A program made the translations under genes and the position numbers. This document shows, one piece after another, positions 20,997 to 29,357 of a stretch of 34,652 bases of DNA. The DNA lies in IMG/VR virus record IMGVR_UViG_3300045597_000172. One strand, given 5' to 3'. Source of the DNA: a virus. Taxonomy: Duplodnaviria > Heunggongvirae > Uroviricota > Caudoviricetes. Each line of letters starts with the position of its first letter. Position 1 is the first letter of the stretch. The notes under the pieces are model-generated. The model was not told the origin of the DNA. It worked only from the letters and a program-made list of their open reading frames with translations, and searched no databases.

Positions 20997-21197
20997 ATTA
21001 ACTCACCTCTTTTCACTATATACTACTATGACATAATCATAGTGAAAAAACTCAAAATTTAAAATACAGAAAGGAAGTGAAGTTGCTCAAGAAAACAATT
21101 CCTCCTAATAATTAATTACTAGGTTTCCTTGTCTAGCAATTCCATGAAACCTCACTACTAATTAACTAAGCAACCCACCAAAACCGCTTAGACTTCG

Positions 21198-21866
21198 TTA
21201 TTTGGCCTTCACGTTCTGAGTTAAGAATTGTTTTAATTCATGATTGGCAGTTTTATACGTATATTGCTTAACAAACTTTCCACGAACTTCAATTCGTGCC
21301 GAACCATCGTTGTTACATGTAATTAACGTTACGATCTTTTCCGGTGTATCCGAAACAACCCCAACATCCGTCGCCGGAATTTGCTGCACTAACGTCGTCT
21401 TATACTCATACACATGCTTCAAATCACTCAAATAAATGGTCTGTCCAACTTTTGCGGAAGTATATAACGGACCAAACAAAATCGTCGAACCTTTGTGCAT
21501 ATTATGTCCAGCTAATGCATAGTTGCCAACACCCATCTGTTGATCTTTTCGTAACGTACCCGCACCCTGTTTTAACGTCTGATTATTGACACCCTCTGAA
21601 ATCGGTACACTCAAATTAATTTGCGGAATTGCAACAACCCCGATAAAATGTTTAGCCTTAAATTGCGCATCAACCACATCCCACGTACTTAACGCTTTAA
21701 CATTTTGAAAATTATAAGACGCGTGCTTGTTAGAACTAGTCGTTTCAATCTGAGAATGTTGTTGTGATAAGAACCAACTTGCAATTTGATGATTAAAAAT
21801 CAACGCACACCCCACTATCAACAACATCGTTACTAAAAACCATTTAATTACTCGCAAAAATTTCAA
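21198..21866 (-). CDS. srtA: Class A sortase
   Basis: N-terminal TM, GNYALAGHN, VTLITC and downstream Arg (ARIEVRG). Start moved to TTG 21866 after AAGGGAG. Confidence 0.93.
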   Translation of the reverse strand: MKFLRVIKWFLVTMLLIVGCALIFNHQIASWFLSQQHSQIETTSSNKHASYNFQNVKALSTWDVVDAQFKAKHFIGVVAIPQINLSVPISEGVNNQTLKQGAGTLRKDQQMGVGNYALAGHNMHKGSTILFGPLYTSAKVGQTIYLSDLKHVYEYKTTLVQQIPATDVGVVSDTPEKIVTLITCNNDGSARIEVRGKFVKQYTYKTANHELKQFLTQNVKAK

Positions 21867-21890
21867 CCCCAGCACTCCCTTTTTTAAATG

Positions 21891-21920
21891 AAATAAAAAC
21901 CCGTGACAACTCGTCACGGG
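21891..21920 (-). terminator. Intrinsic terminator-like hairpin upstream of sortase
   Basis: CCCGTGAC-GAGTT-GTCACGGG followed by TTTTTATTT on the minus strand. Confidence 0.7.
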
Positions 21921-21944
21921 AAAATATTTTCAAGCTGCAAAACA

Positions 21945-22979
21945 TTAACGATCCAAGCCATTGTCATCATGTTCTTGTTGATGTTGTGCTGTTTGACGTT
22001 TAATCACTTTTTGCTGTTGCTGCGTCTGACTAGATTGTCGTGCCTTACCAAAATCATCAACATACGCACGACGTTTACGTGCGGCAACAGGTTGCTGAAC
22101 GTTTTGTAGCTGTGCCATTAATGACTTCATATCAGTTGGCTGTTCAACTGGTGCAACAACTTCTGATTCAACTTCAACGACTGGTGGCAAATCATTCTTT
22201 ACCGCAACCTTGTCTGCTTTAGACTCAACGTTAGGTGTCGCCGAAACAATTTCAGATTTTTCCGACAAGGCTAGACTAACTTCATCTTCGACATGGACAT
22301 CTGGTAATTTAATATCCGCGACGGCCTTTTTAGCGACATTTTCAAGTTTAACATCACGTTTCTTCGTAATTGGATCACTAGCAAGTGCCTTAAAGCCTGA
22401 AGATAATACCTGTTCCAAATTACTTCGTTTCGACACTTCTCGCTCTGGCGTAAATGTTTCATACGCCTGTAAATCCTTGCCAATAAAGTAATCATGCCCC
22501 GTAACAGCTTTAGCATGATGATTACCAACGGCAATTTCCAATTGTGAATCCAACACACGAGCAGTTGTTAAATTAACACGGGTTTGTCGATAAAATTCTT
22601 TTTCCGTTAACAGCTCTTTGACTTTTGCTAAATACGTTGCCGGATCAACATATAAACCACCCTTAACCATCTGCAAAAAGTCTTTGACACCTAACGCAAA
22701 AGTTAAATATCCATCTCCAACCGGAGATTCTTCATTGTTGAAATAAATAGCCTTTCCGTTTTTTTGGTTAAAACCAAGCAAGTTAGTATTCAACGTTAAC
22801 ATCCACTGCCGTGGTAAACCTAAACTTAACGTAGCTGGCTTTAACTCAACATCTTTAATTTGATACTGAGCCAACGTCGAAAAATCATCCGACGTCACTT
22901 CATCAGCTTGTGCCAAAACGTTTGTAATCGCCAAAGCATCGTTTGTATTTGTACCTTTAAAACCATAATTAGCAGGCAT
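21945..22979 (-). CDS. Hypothetical plasmid protein
   Basis: Start moved to ATG 22979 (MPANYG) after AGAAGGA. Gln-rich C-terminus ending DDNGLDR. Confidence 0.8.
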   Translation of the reverse strand: MPANYGFKGTNTNDALAITNVLAQADEVTSDDFSTLAQYQIKDVELKPATLSLGLPRQWMLTLNTNLLGFNQKNGKAIYFNNEESPVGDGYLTFALGVKDFLQMVKGGLYVDPATYLAKVKELLTEKEFYRQTRVNLTTARVLDSQLEIAVGNHHAKAVTGHDYFIGKDLQAYETFTPEREVSKRSNLEQVLSSGFKALASDPITKKRDVKLENVAKKAVADIKLPDVHVEDEVSLALSEKSEIVSATPNVESKADKVAVKNDLPPVVEVESEVVAPVEQPTDMKSLMAQLQNVQQPVAARKRRAYVDDFGKARQSSQTQQQQKVIKRQTAQHQQEHDDNGLDR

Positions 22980-23050
22980 TAAATTTCCTTCTTTCTGTTC
23001 TTTCCATCCAAGCAATTCATAACTACGCAAAAATATGTGCAATCGGCCGA

Positions 23051-23716
23051 CTAATTATTATTAATCTGAACATTGAAAGACAATTCATCATCAATTGTTT
23101 TCAGTGGTGCGCCACTAATTGCATATTGACGAGCTTGCCGATCAGTAAACCAATTTTCTTGACGCCAATCTGAAAGCGCCCGTTTGAAACCAGCATTTTT
23201 AAGTACCAAATCTGGAACTTCTTCCGGAACAACATCACAACGACCATCTGGTAATGCCTGTACTTGTGCATTCAAATTAGCGGGAATCCAATGATGCTTT
23301 GCCCACTCCGCAACAACCGCTTTGAAATTGTTACTATTTTCAAAAATTGTTTGCGGATCGAGTACATCCGGACGGTTCAAATCAATAACATGGTTTAAAA
23401 AGTCCAAATCTGTCCACTGACGATGATCAACAAGGAACTTATGCGGACGTTGTTCAGTGTCAGTTGCCGTGATTTTGTTAATCACGTATTCACCAGCCAA
23501 ATGGGGATGATCCACCATGTTAGTTGCCATTTGGACTTTTGGAACCACCCCAATTACAACCTTATCATCTTTCGTCACATACGCATATGCTTCATAAATC
23601 AAACATGGTAATTTTTCACCCGGCGCAGTTTTCATTAATGGCTTATCGGGGTCATTAAACAATAAAATCTTCTCATACTCATTTGAATCTTCATCAATCC
23701 ATTCACGTTTTGCCAT
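23051..23716 (-). CDS. Hypothetical protein
   Basis: Long co-oriented ORF, likely start MAKRE after AGAAAGGG. No recognised motif. Confidence 0.75.
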   Translation of the reverse strand: MAKREWIDEDSNEYEKILLFNDPDKPLMKTAPGEKLPCLIYEAYAYVTKDDKVVIGVVPKVQMATNMVDHPHLAGEYVINKITATDTEQRPHKFLVDHRQWTDLDFLNHVIDLNRPDVLDPQTIFENSNNFKAVVAEWAKHHWIPANLNAQVQALPDGRCDVVPEEVPDLVLKNAGFKRALSDWRQENWFTDRQARQYAISGAPLKTIDDELSFNVQINNN

Positions 23717-23751
23717 ACTTGATACCAACCCTTTCTATTTGTGTTTCATTT

Positions 23752-23916
23752 TCATCGTAGTTTTGAATAGACCGCAATTACAACTGGACCTAGAATCAAC
23801 ACCAACATCAAAATTTCAAACAAGATACGTTTGAATTTGCCGTCTGAATCACGAAAGACTCTACGCCCACGCTCATCATAACCGCGTTTTGTTTTTGACT
23901 TCGTTGGCTTTATCAT
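23752..23916 (-). CDS. Small single-TM basic protein (54 aa)
   Basis: Below the track cutoff. MIKPTKSKTKRGYDERGRRVFRDSDGKFKRILFEILMLVLILGPVVIAVYSKLR, with RBS AGAGAGG. Confidence 0.7.
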   Translation of the reverse strand: MIKPTKSKTKRGYDERGRRVFRDSDGKFKRILFEILMLVLILGPVVIAVYSKLR

Positions 23917-24008
23917 CGAATCATCCTCTCTTTATTTGACAATTCAGTCATCGTTAGATTATCAGAAATTCGTTATAAAAACAAGACCAATCATCGAGAC
24001 GCCCTCGA

Positions 24009-26015
24009 CTATTTATCGCCAAACAGTTTTTCCAAAGCGTCATCAATTTCGGATTTCTTACGATCACTTAACGGTTCTGAAACAAAATTGTCATCGTCAT
24101 CATCGCTTTCTTGATGATCTGCTAAGTAAGCACGTTCCGCTTGGCTTAACGCAATCGATAGATACGAAGATGCATCTCGATATGCGTCTGAATGAACGTA
24201 CTGTGATAACAACGTATCATCAACCGTTTGATCGGTTAAGAAAATCAATTTCTCAGCACGAGTCAACGCGGTATAAAGCAGTTGACGAGTTAGAAAACGA
24301 ACGGATGTTCCAGATTTCAAATAATAAATCACAACTGGAATTGTTGAACCTTGCGCTTTATGAACCGTCAAAGCATACCCTAATGATAAATTATCGATTG
24401 TTGCATATTGAGAATCACCGTCTGTATCAGGCAAGTTATTATCATCAACATAAAAATCAAACTCTAAATTTCGACTACTAGATGCAACATGTTTAAATTC
24501 GACACGGATACGCGGATGAACACCCTGATCAAAAACTTTTTTAACCCGACCAACAAAGCCATTAAAAATATTAGCCGTTTTATCAGAATCAGCTAAGACA
24601 GCATGATACATGTTATGAGTTACTAAAACCTTATCACCCTCAAAGAATTGCAATTCATGCGCCCGCAAAACAGGTTTACCTTTAGAAAACATCCGTTGCA
24701 ACTGTTCGTTAAACCAATCAACATCCTCATTTTTTGGTGTGATTAAATTAACATCATCCATTCCAAATTTATTGGCAGCCGCTTGATAAGCGAATAATCC
24801 AAACCGGCGATTTTCAACTTGGCGATATTTTAACGTATCGTCATCACTGAAATCAGTTGGTTCTTCAACCGCCCGTAAAGACGTTGCGTGATCTAATAAG
24901 TGACCCTCACCTTGACGAAAGACATGTGTCAACGTATGCGTGTAAATCGATTGCGTTACCGAAGACTTTAGGAAATCCGGAAATGCAGTTAACATCCCGA
25001 CACCCTCAACCGCTGGCAACTGCGCCGGATCACCAATCATGACAACATGCGTTTTTGGACTTAATAAGTACAATAACTTTAATAAGTCTGCTTCTGAAAC
25101 CATTGAAATTTCATCAATAATTAAATATGGTACTCGTAAATGAACGCCGGCATAAACTAAACCGGCAATCGTACGTGATGGCATGTGCGTGATCTGCGTC
25201 AAGTTAAAACATGCTTTACCCGCAATCGCGCATAACTGAGCATCTTGTGCCGTTAATTGCAAATAATTCGTCAATGCTTGAACTAACGTTGACTTACCAG
25301 TACCTGCATAACCAGTCAACAAGCTAACCCGTGAGCTAATCAAATTACGCACAACATCTTGCTGTTCAGCTGATAATGGAACGGCCGATGCCTTAACCGC
25401 TTCTTTTAATTTAGCTTCATCAACTGTAGCAGGTTCAATTTCAGAACGTTCAATTAACATATTAGCAAGTCGATTAGTATTTTCATAATACTCACGATCA
25501 ATAATCCCACCCGGAACATGTTCGTAAACATCACTTTCGCGAATCAACTTATCTAATTCACTAACAAGTTTCAGATTTTCAATTTCACTATTCATATCGG
25601 GTGTGTTTGATAAAACAACTTTTTCAGCTTCATCAAGCACCATCGATTCGTTCATAATTGCCTGTCCATTACTAATTCCAGATGCCAAAACCGCCTTGAC
25701 CATTGCGTCAACCCGACGTTTTTCAGCATAACCAACATGCCAAGGATGATCATCCGGCAAATCCGTAACAACGGAATCGACTAATAAAACGGTAATTCTG
25801 GGAATCTCTGATAATAAATATGGATTTTCTTCTAAAACATTACGCATTCTAAACAATCCACTTACCAGATCAGCTTTTGAATCAAGACCTCGTAAATCAC
25901 GACGATAATAGTTTGCGATTCGCTGCAAATTAGCATCTGTAAAATATTGCCTAAGTTGTTGATAGATAGCCGATTTGCGTAACAGTGGCTTCGAGTTAAC
26001 TCGTTTTGCAATCAT
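24009..26015 (-). CDS. RecD2-like SF1B 5'-3' DNA helicase
   Basis: LSAEQQ, TGYAGTGKST, IIDEISMV, IGDPAQLPAV, LTHVFRQ, IFNGFVG, LGYALTVHKAQGS, LLYTALTRA. Confidence 0.93.
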   Translation of the reverse strand: MIAKRVNSKPLLRKSAIYQQLRQYFTDANLQRIANYYRRDLRGLDSKADLVSGLFRMRNVLEENPYLLSEIPRITVLLVDSVVTDLPDDHPWHVGYAEKRRVDAMVKAVLASGISNGQAIMNESMVLDEAEKVVLSNTPDMNSEIENLKLVSELDKLIRESDVYEHVPGGIIDREYYENTNRLANMLIERSEIEPATVDEAKLKEAVKASAVPLSAEQQDVVRNLISSRVSLLTGYAGTGKSTLVQALTNYLQLTAQDAQLCAIAGKACFNLTQITHMPSRTIAGLVYAGVHLRVPYLIIDEISMVSEADLLKLLYLLSPKTHVVMIGDPAQLPAVEGVGMLTAFPDFLKSSVTQSIYTHTLTHVFRQGEGHLLDHATSLRAVEEPTDFSDDDTLKYRQVENRRFGLFAYQAAANKFGMDDVNLITPKNEDVDWFNEQLQRMFSKGKPVLRAHELQFFEGDKVLVTHNMYHAVLADSDKTANIFNGFVGRVKKVFDQGVHPRIRVEFKHVASSSRNLEFDFYVDDNNLPDTDGDSQYATIDNLSLGYALTVHKAQGSTIPVVIYYLKSGTSVRFLTRQLLYTALTRAEKLIFLTDQTVDDTLLSQYVHSDAYRDASSYLSIALSQAERAYLADHQESDDDDDNFVSEPLSDRKKSEIDDALEKLFGDK

Positions 26016-26037
26016 TTAATTCACCTCACTTTCAATG

Positions 26038-26418
26038 TTAATCTTTTTCGAGAATATTTTTTAAAGCATCTGTCAGCACCTTTGAAAAATTCAAGTGCGC
26101 TTCACGACCAGCTTCAACTAAATAACGCGGAATCGTTACGGAACGTTTAACCGAAAGCTTTTCTCGCTTGGCCAACAGATGTGAAACGTCAACCGCGATC
26201 AAACTTAAAATCTCGCCGTCATGCAATTCAGGAATTTCAATATTTTCCGGCGTGCTATTTTCAACAATATATTTTCCGATTGCACTTTCTGCCAGTAATA
26301 AACCATCCGGTACTGATTCCCCTTTTACAGTTTCCGAAATTGCCGGTACAGTCACCGTACAACCACCATCCGCCAGATCATGAATAATAACTGGCAATGC
26401 TATTTTTTTACTTCCCAC
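26038..26418 (-). CDS. HicB-family antitoxin-like DNA-binding protein (no hicA)
   Basis: PVIIH...VTVPAI....GESV.DGL..AESAIG (HicB N-domain) and VKRSVTIPRYLVEAGREAHLNFSKVLTDAL (RHH-like C-terminus of Firmicute HicB). Start moved to GTG 26418, downstream of the promoter. Confidence 0.82.
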   Translation of the reverse strand: MGSKKIALPVIIHDLADGGCTVTVPAISETVKGESVPDGLLLAESAIGKYIVENSTPENIEIPELHDGEILSLIAVDVSHLLAKREKLSVKRSVTIPRYLVEAGREAHLNFSKVLTDALKNILEKD

Positions 26419-26476
26419 TGATAACACGTCCTTTTTAATAATCTCTAATGGGCTACGCCCTGTTTCTACACTATTT

Positions 26477-26505
26477 ATTATACGCATTATTGTGCGCATA
26501 ATCAA
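26477..26505 (-). promoter_or_regulatory. SigA promoter with overlapping inverted-repeat operator
   Basis: TTGATT-17 bp-TATAAT on the minus strand, overlapped by TTATGCGCA-N6-TGCGTATAA (8/9 inverted repeat). Confidence 0.75.
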
Positions 26506-26526
26506 GCCGATAACAAAAAAAACCGC

Positions 26527-26630
26527 AAAAAAATACGAAACCTCGTCGTCACGAAGTTTCGCTCAATCCTCATTGTTTCAAAAAGGCTGATCACGCCCGG
26601 TCTATTACGACCGCCCGATCAACATCAATT
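26527..26630 (-). ncRNA. Candidate ~100-nt structured small RNA
   Basis: Promoter TTTATA-16-TATACT with TG extension (26637-26664). GC-rich stem TGATC..CGGTC-GTAATA-GACCG..GATCA. Terminator hairpin CGAAACTTCGT/ACGAGGTTTCG plus T7. No RBS-led ORF. Confidence 0.5.
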
Positions 26631-26738
26631 AACGTTAGTATAACATGAAACAAGCAAGTATAAAAGACCTTTGATTAATAAACGATTACAATTATAGAAA
26701 AAAGATGTATCATTTATATAGAAACGGAGGTGAACAAA

Positions 26739-26933
26739 ATGAAAAATAAGATAAAAATATTTAAAACACCGTTGTTGTTGAATGACAAAAGCTTCGAAGA
26801 ATCTCTCGATGAATTAGAAGATGAAATAAATGAATTTACAAACAACAATAAAATTCTAAAATTCATAACAAACGTACAGTCTAACGAACTCCAAATAAGA
26901 TACATCATAACAATTCTGTACGAAGAAAAATAA
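26739..26933 (+). CDS. Small protein resembling Cse60/DUF2758 family
   Basis: GGAGGTG RBS before ATG 26739. Pattern KIKIF...LEDEINEF....I.....I.ILYEE. Followed by a terminator. Confidence 0.7.
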   Translation: MKNKIKIFKTPLLLNDKSFEESLDELEDEINEFTNNNKILKFITNVQSNELQIRYIITILYEEK

Positions 26934-26951
26934 CTCATCACTATACATGTT

Positions 26952-26983
26952 TAGACATCTCACTTTTGTGAGGTGTCTTTTTT
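26952..26983 (+). terminator. Intrinsic terminator
   Basis: AGACATCTCAC-TTTT-GTGAGGTGTCT followed by a T run. Confidence 0.85.
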
Positions 26984-26995
26984 ATACACTGCACC

Positions 26996-27024
26996 TTGCC
27001 ATTTCTTACTGTCAATAGTATAAT
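26996..27024 (+). promoter_or_regulatory. SigA promoter
   Basis: TTGCCA-17 bp-TATAAT upstream of 27066. Confidence 0.8.
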
Positions 27025-27065
27025 TTAGATATACAAAACATTCTATCAATAGGAGATTTTATATT

Positions 27066-27629
27066 ATGCAAATCCAAAAAGTAATCGAAAAGAAAACTCT
27101 TGAGAAACTCGTGCAGCAAAGATTAATCGTAAAAATCGATGAATTTCAATACCGCTACCGTTCCACAAATGGCTATATTGAAATGATCTTTGCACCCGGT
27201 GACTTGTTATTACCGCCGGAACGACAATCGCTTGGTTCACATAAAGTCGAACACACGATTGACAGTCTGGTAAATCAAGCTCGTGATATGCTAGACTGCT
27301 ACAATTTTTATCAAATCCTAAGCGATTTTGTTGATAATCAATGGATTTCAGATGAACTAACGCAAAACATCAAAACCATTGCACAAAACAGTCACGCATC
27401 CGTTCCAACCCTCAACAAAATTGCAAAAAAATATTATGAGTTTCTACATTTTGGTTATCCAACGTGGGAACATCAAAGTGTTGCTAAAGAATTCGGCATT
27501 TCTGTACCGACTCTCAAAAAGTATCTCAAAGAAATGAACCTGTACGATCCATCAAAGCAAAAACATCAAGGCAACAAAAACCTAAATCAACCGAAAGAAG
27601 ATGAAAAAAATGATGCCAAAACAAACTAA
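27066..27629 (+). CDS. Hypothetical protein with C-terminal helix-turn-helix
   Basis: AGGAG RBS. HQSVAKEFGISVPTLKKYLK fits the HTH consensus. Confidence 0.8.
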   Translation: MQIQKVIEKKTLEKLVQQRLIVKIDEFQYRYRSTNGYIEMIFAPGDLLLPPERQSLGSHKVEHTIDSLVNQARDMLDCYNFYQILSDFVDNQWISDELTQNIKTIAQNSHASVPTLNKIAKKYYEFLHFGYPTWEHQSVAKEFGISVPTLKKYLKEMNLYDPSKQKHQGNKNLNQPKEDEKNDAKTN

Positions 27630-27759
27630 ACGTAACAACAATCCGCACTGGCAAAAACTCCAGAAAAAACGTCTCACCGAACCACTCTACGATCCCTCAG
27701 TTGGCCGCAAACGTAATGATCTTAACCGTCAGCAATCATTCATCAAAGTTGCAAAATAA
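27601..27759 (+). CDS. Small basic protein (~49-52 aa)
   Basis: MKKMMPKQTKRNNNPHWQKLQKKRLTEPLYDPSVGRKRNDLNRQQSFIKVAK overlaps the upstream stop and ends exactly at a terminator. Confidence 0.55.
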   Translation: MKKMMPKQTKRNNNPHWQKLQKKRLTEPLYDPSVGRKRNDLNRQQSFIKVAK

Positions 27760-27795
27760 AAAAGCCCGTCACAATATTTGTGGCGGGTTTCTTTA
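27758..27795. terminator. Bidirectional terminator between convergent genes
   Basis: A run, GCCCGTCACAA-TAT-TTGTGGCGGGT, then TTCTTT. Confidence 0.85.
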
Positions 27796-27816
27796 ATGCT
27801 ATAACGGTTGCTTACA

Positions 27817-28044
27817 TTAAAATGGTGCCGGTCTCGATGATAATGAATTAAATAATCCTTGTGAATTCATATTATCATACATATGACTACCAATCACTTG
27901 ACCATTGATTACAAATGTTGTGCCTTGTAAATTAGCGTTTCGAATATCATCAAAATACCAAAAACGGCCACTTATCGAATAGCCACCAATAATTTTGCCA
28001 CTTGGACCAGTTCCAGCTTGAATAATTGTCTCGATTATGTTCAC
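27817..28044 (-). CDS. Small hypothetical protein, paralog of 31912-32139
   Basis: GTG start after GAAAGAAG. Gap-free similarity to the ORF at 31912. Confidence 0.8.
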   Translation of the reverse strand: MNIIETIIQAGTGPSGKIIGGYSISGRFWYFDDIRNANLQGTTFVINGQVIGSHMYDNMNSQGLFNSLSSRPAPF

Positions 28045-28173
28045 CTTCTTTCAAATACAATAATGATGATTATTTTTTTTACAATTTCTCAATTTGCTTC
28101 ATGAAATCATACGATTTTTCTGTTTCACAAGCAGACTCTAACTGTCGTGAATCCTATTAGACACACTACATCA

Positions 28174-29301
28174 TTACTTACCAGACTTCGTCCGATTATC
28201 ATCGGCGCACAACATCTGACAATTTTCGGCAACCGTTTTGCCGCCCTTAGACCACGGCACAATATGATCGGCCTGCATTTCTTTAAACTCAAAATGGTTG
28301 TCACACATAGGACAAATACCATTCTGACGCTCATATGCTTCACGCGCCTGTGCTAGACTGAAACCGCGAATCGATAGCTTACGTTCATTACCGGTGAGTA
28401 CATAATCATAAATACCAGCTTTTTTCGTTACATCATCGTCAATCATCAAAGCCTTAATCCGTGCTTCAATTTCGTCAGGATCGATAACATCGTTCTTATG
28501 GGCGTCATATAACGGACCCCACGGCACCTGTTTCATTTCTTTTGACCGCTTGACTGTAAACGTGTCTTCAATCCAGTGCATCATCTGATTCCAATAACGC
28601 TTCAACGCGTTAGCGTTGTCGTCATGTTGATGTTGAGCCATATATTGAGCCGGATCGCCGCCGTTCATCCAATCAAGAGCCTTTTCAAACAGCTCTTGAC
28701 GAATCGGATTGCCTTTAACATAGTCTTTTGACACTAACACCCCGGCGGCATTTGGCTTTGAGAAAAACGCTTTTGCATCTGTCACAAACGGTCCAGAATA
28801 AACGGCGTTACGCAATTCTTGATCCGTGAGCTTTTCACCGACGGTATTGATCACATTAAACCAATCCAGCTTTTCAGCTTCGGTACCTTCACAGAAATAC
28901 ACTTGCAACTTGTAATTAAGCAGCGCAGTTCGTTCATCGTCAGTCAAATTGTGAAAGAACTTCGGACTGTCACCATCGTGAAGCTCAATTGCAAACCCAT
29001 TATCGACATACTGACAAATCGACACCGTACGTTGTTGACCATCAATCAATTCATAAGTGTCGTCCGAATCATCGTCCGGCGTTCCGTTATTGTTAACCGA
29101 CCAATACATCGTATTCAGTGGAAACCCGCCAAATACTGATCGAATCACCGCATCACGCTGCTTGTCATTGTAAACAAACTCACGTTGATACGGCGGCCGA
29201 ATATTAAGCCGAGAATCGTAACCGGTAACACCGTTTACGGCATTATCTTGATAATTTTGTGTGAGATCTCGAATCGAAATCTCGTGTAAGTTAATTTTCA
29301 T
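28174..29301 (-). CDS. DUF262 (ParB/Srx-like, GmrSD N-terminal type) plus HNH endonuclease
   Basis: PPYQREFVY, ELIDGQQRT and FNVINTVGEKLT..ELRN (DUF262). C-terminal CPMC...ADHIVPWSKGGKT..ENCQMLCADDN..KS (HNH). Confidence 0.92.
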   Translation of the reverse strand: MKINLHEISIRDLTQNYQDNAVNGVTGYDSRLNIRPPYQREFVYNDKQRDAVIRSVFGGFPLNTMYWSVNNNGTPDDDSDDTYELIDGQQRTVSICQYVDNGFAIELHDGDSPKFFHNLTDDERTALLNYKLQVYFCEGTEAEKLDWFNVINTVGEKLTDQELRNAVYSGPFVTDAKAFFSKPNAAGVLVSKDYVKGNPIRQELFEKALDWMNGGDPAQYMAQHQHDDNANALKRYWNQMMHWIEDTFTVKRSKEMKQVPWGPLYDAHKNDVIDPDEIEARIKALMIDDDVTKKAGIYDYVLTGNERKLSIRGFSLAQAREAYERQNGICPMCDNHFEFKEMQADHIVPWSKGGKTVAENCQMLCADDNRTKSGK

Positions 29302-29357
29302 TTATCGTCACGAGAACCTTTCCATTTATTCCAATCATCACCTGAACACAACCCAAT

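Larger units (their letters stand above)
19662..21143 (-). mobile_element. IS200/IS605-family, IS1341-type (tnpB only) insertion sequence
   Basis: Left end on the minus strand: TTCAT|GGAATTGCTAGACAAG-GAAA then hairpin CCTAGTAAT/ATTATTAGG. Right end: CAAG then hairpin CTTGTTAC-TTTA-GTGACGAG, then TAATTGAC|. Both ends fit the IS608-type guide/cleavage pairing (GAAA with TCAT, CAAG with TGAC). No tnpA inside. Confidence 0.85.

Noticed and set aside
21125-21148. Alternative IS left end at TAGAC|AAGG, which would rejoin to an ORF starting MELLDYFDGK
   Set aside because: The GAAA guide predicts TCAT and the 20-nt distance to the hairpin fits IS608-type geometry. Not fully excluded without the empty allele.
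23936-24481. 181-aa plus-strand ORF and the other short antisense or off-frame ORFs in the track (e.g. 11028-11465, 13359-13748, 29367-29849)
   Set aside because: They lie inside or opposite well-supported genes and lack RBS or motifs, so they are shadow ORFs.
26714-26941. Minus-strand 75-aa ORF as HicA partner
   Set aside because: No HicA G(S/G)H motif, antisense to a better-supported gene, and separated from hicB by a terminator.
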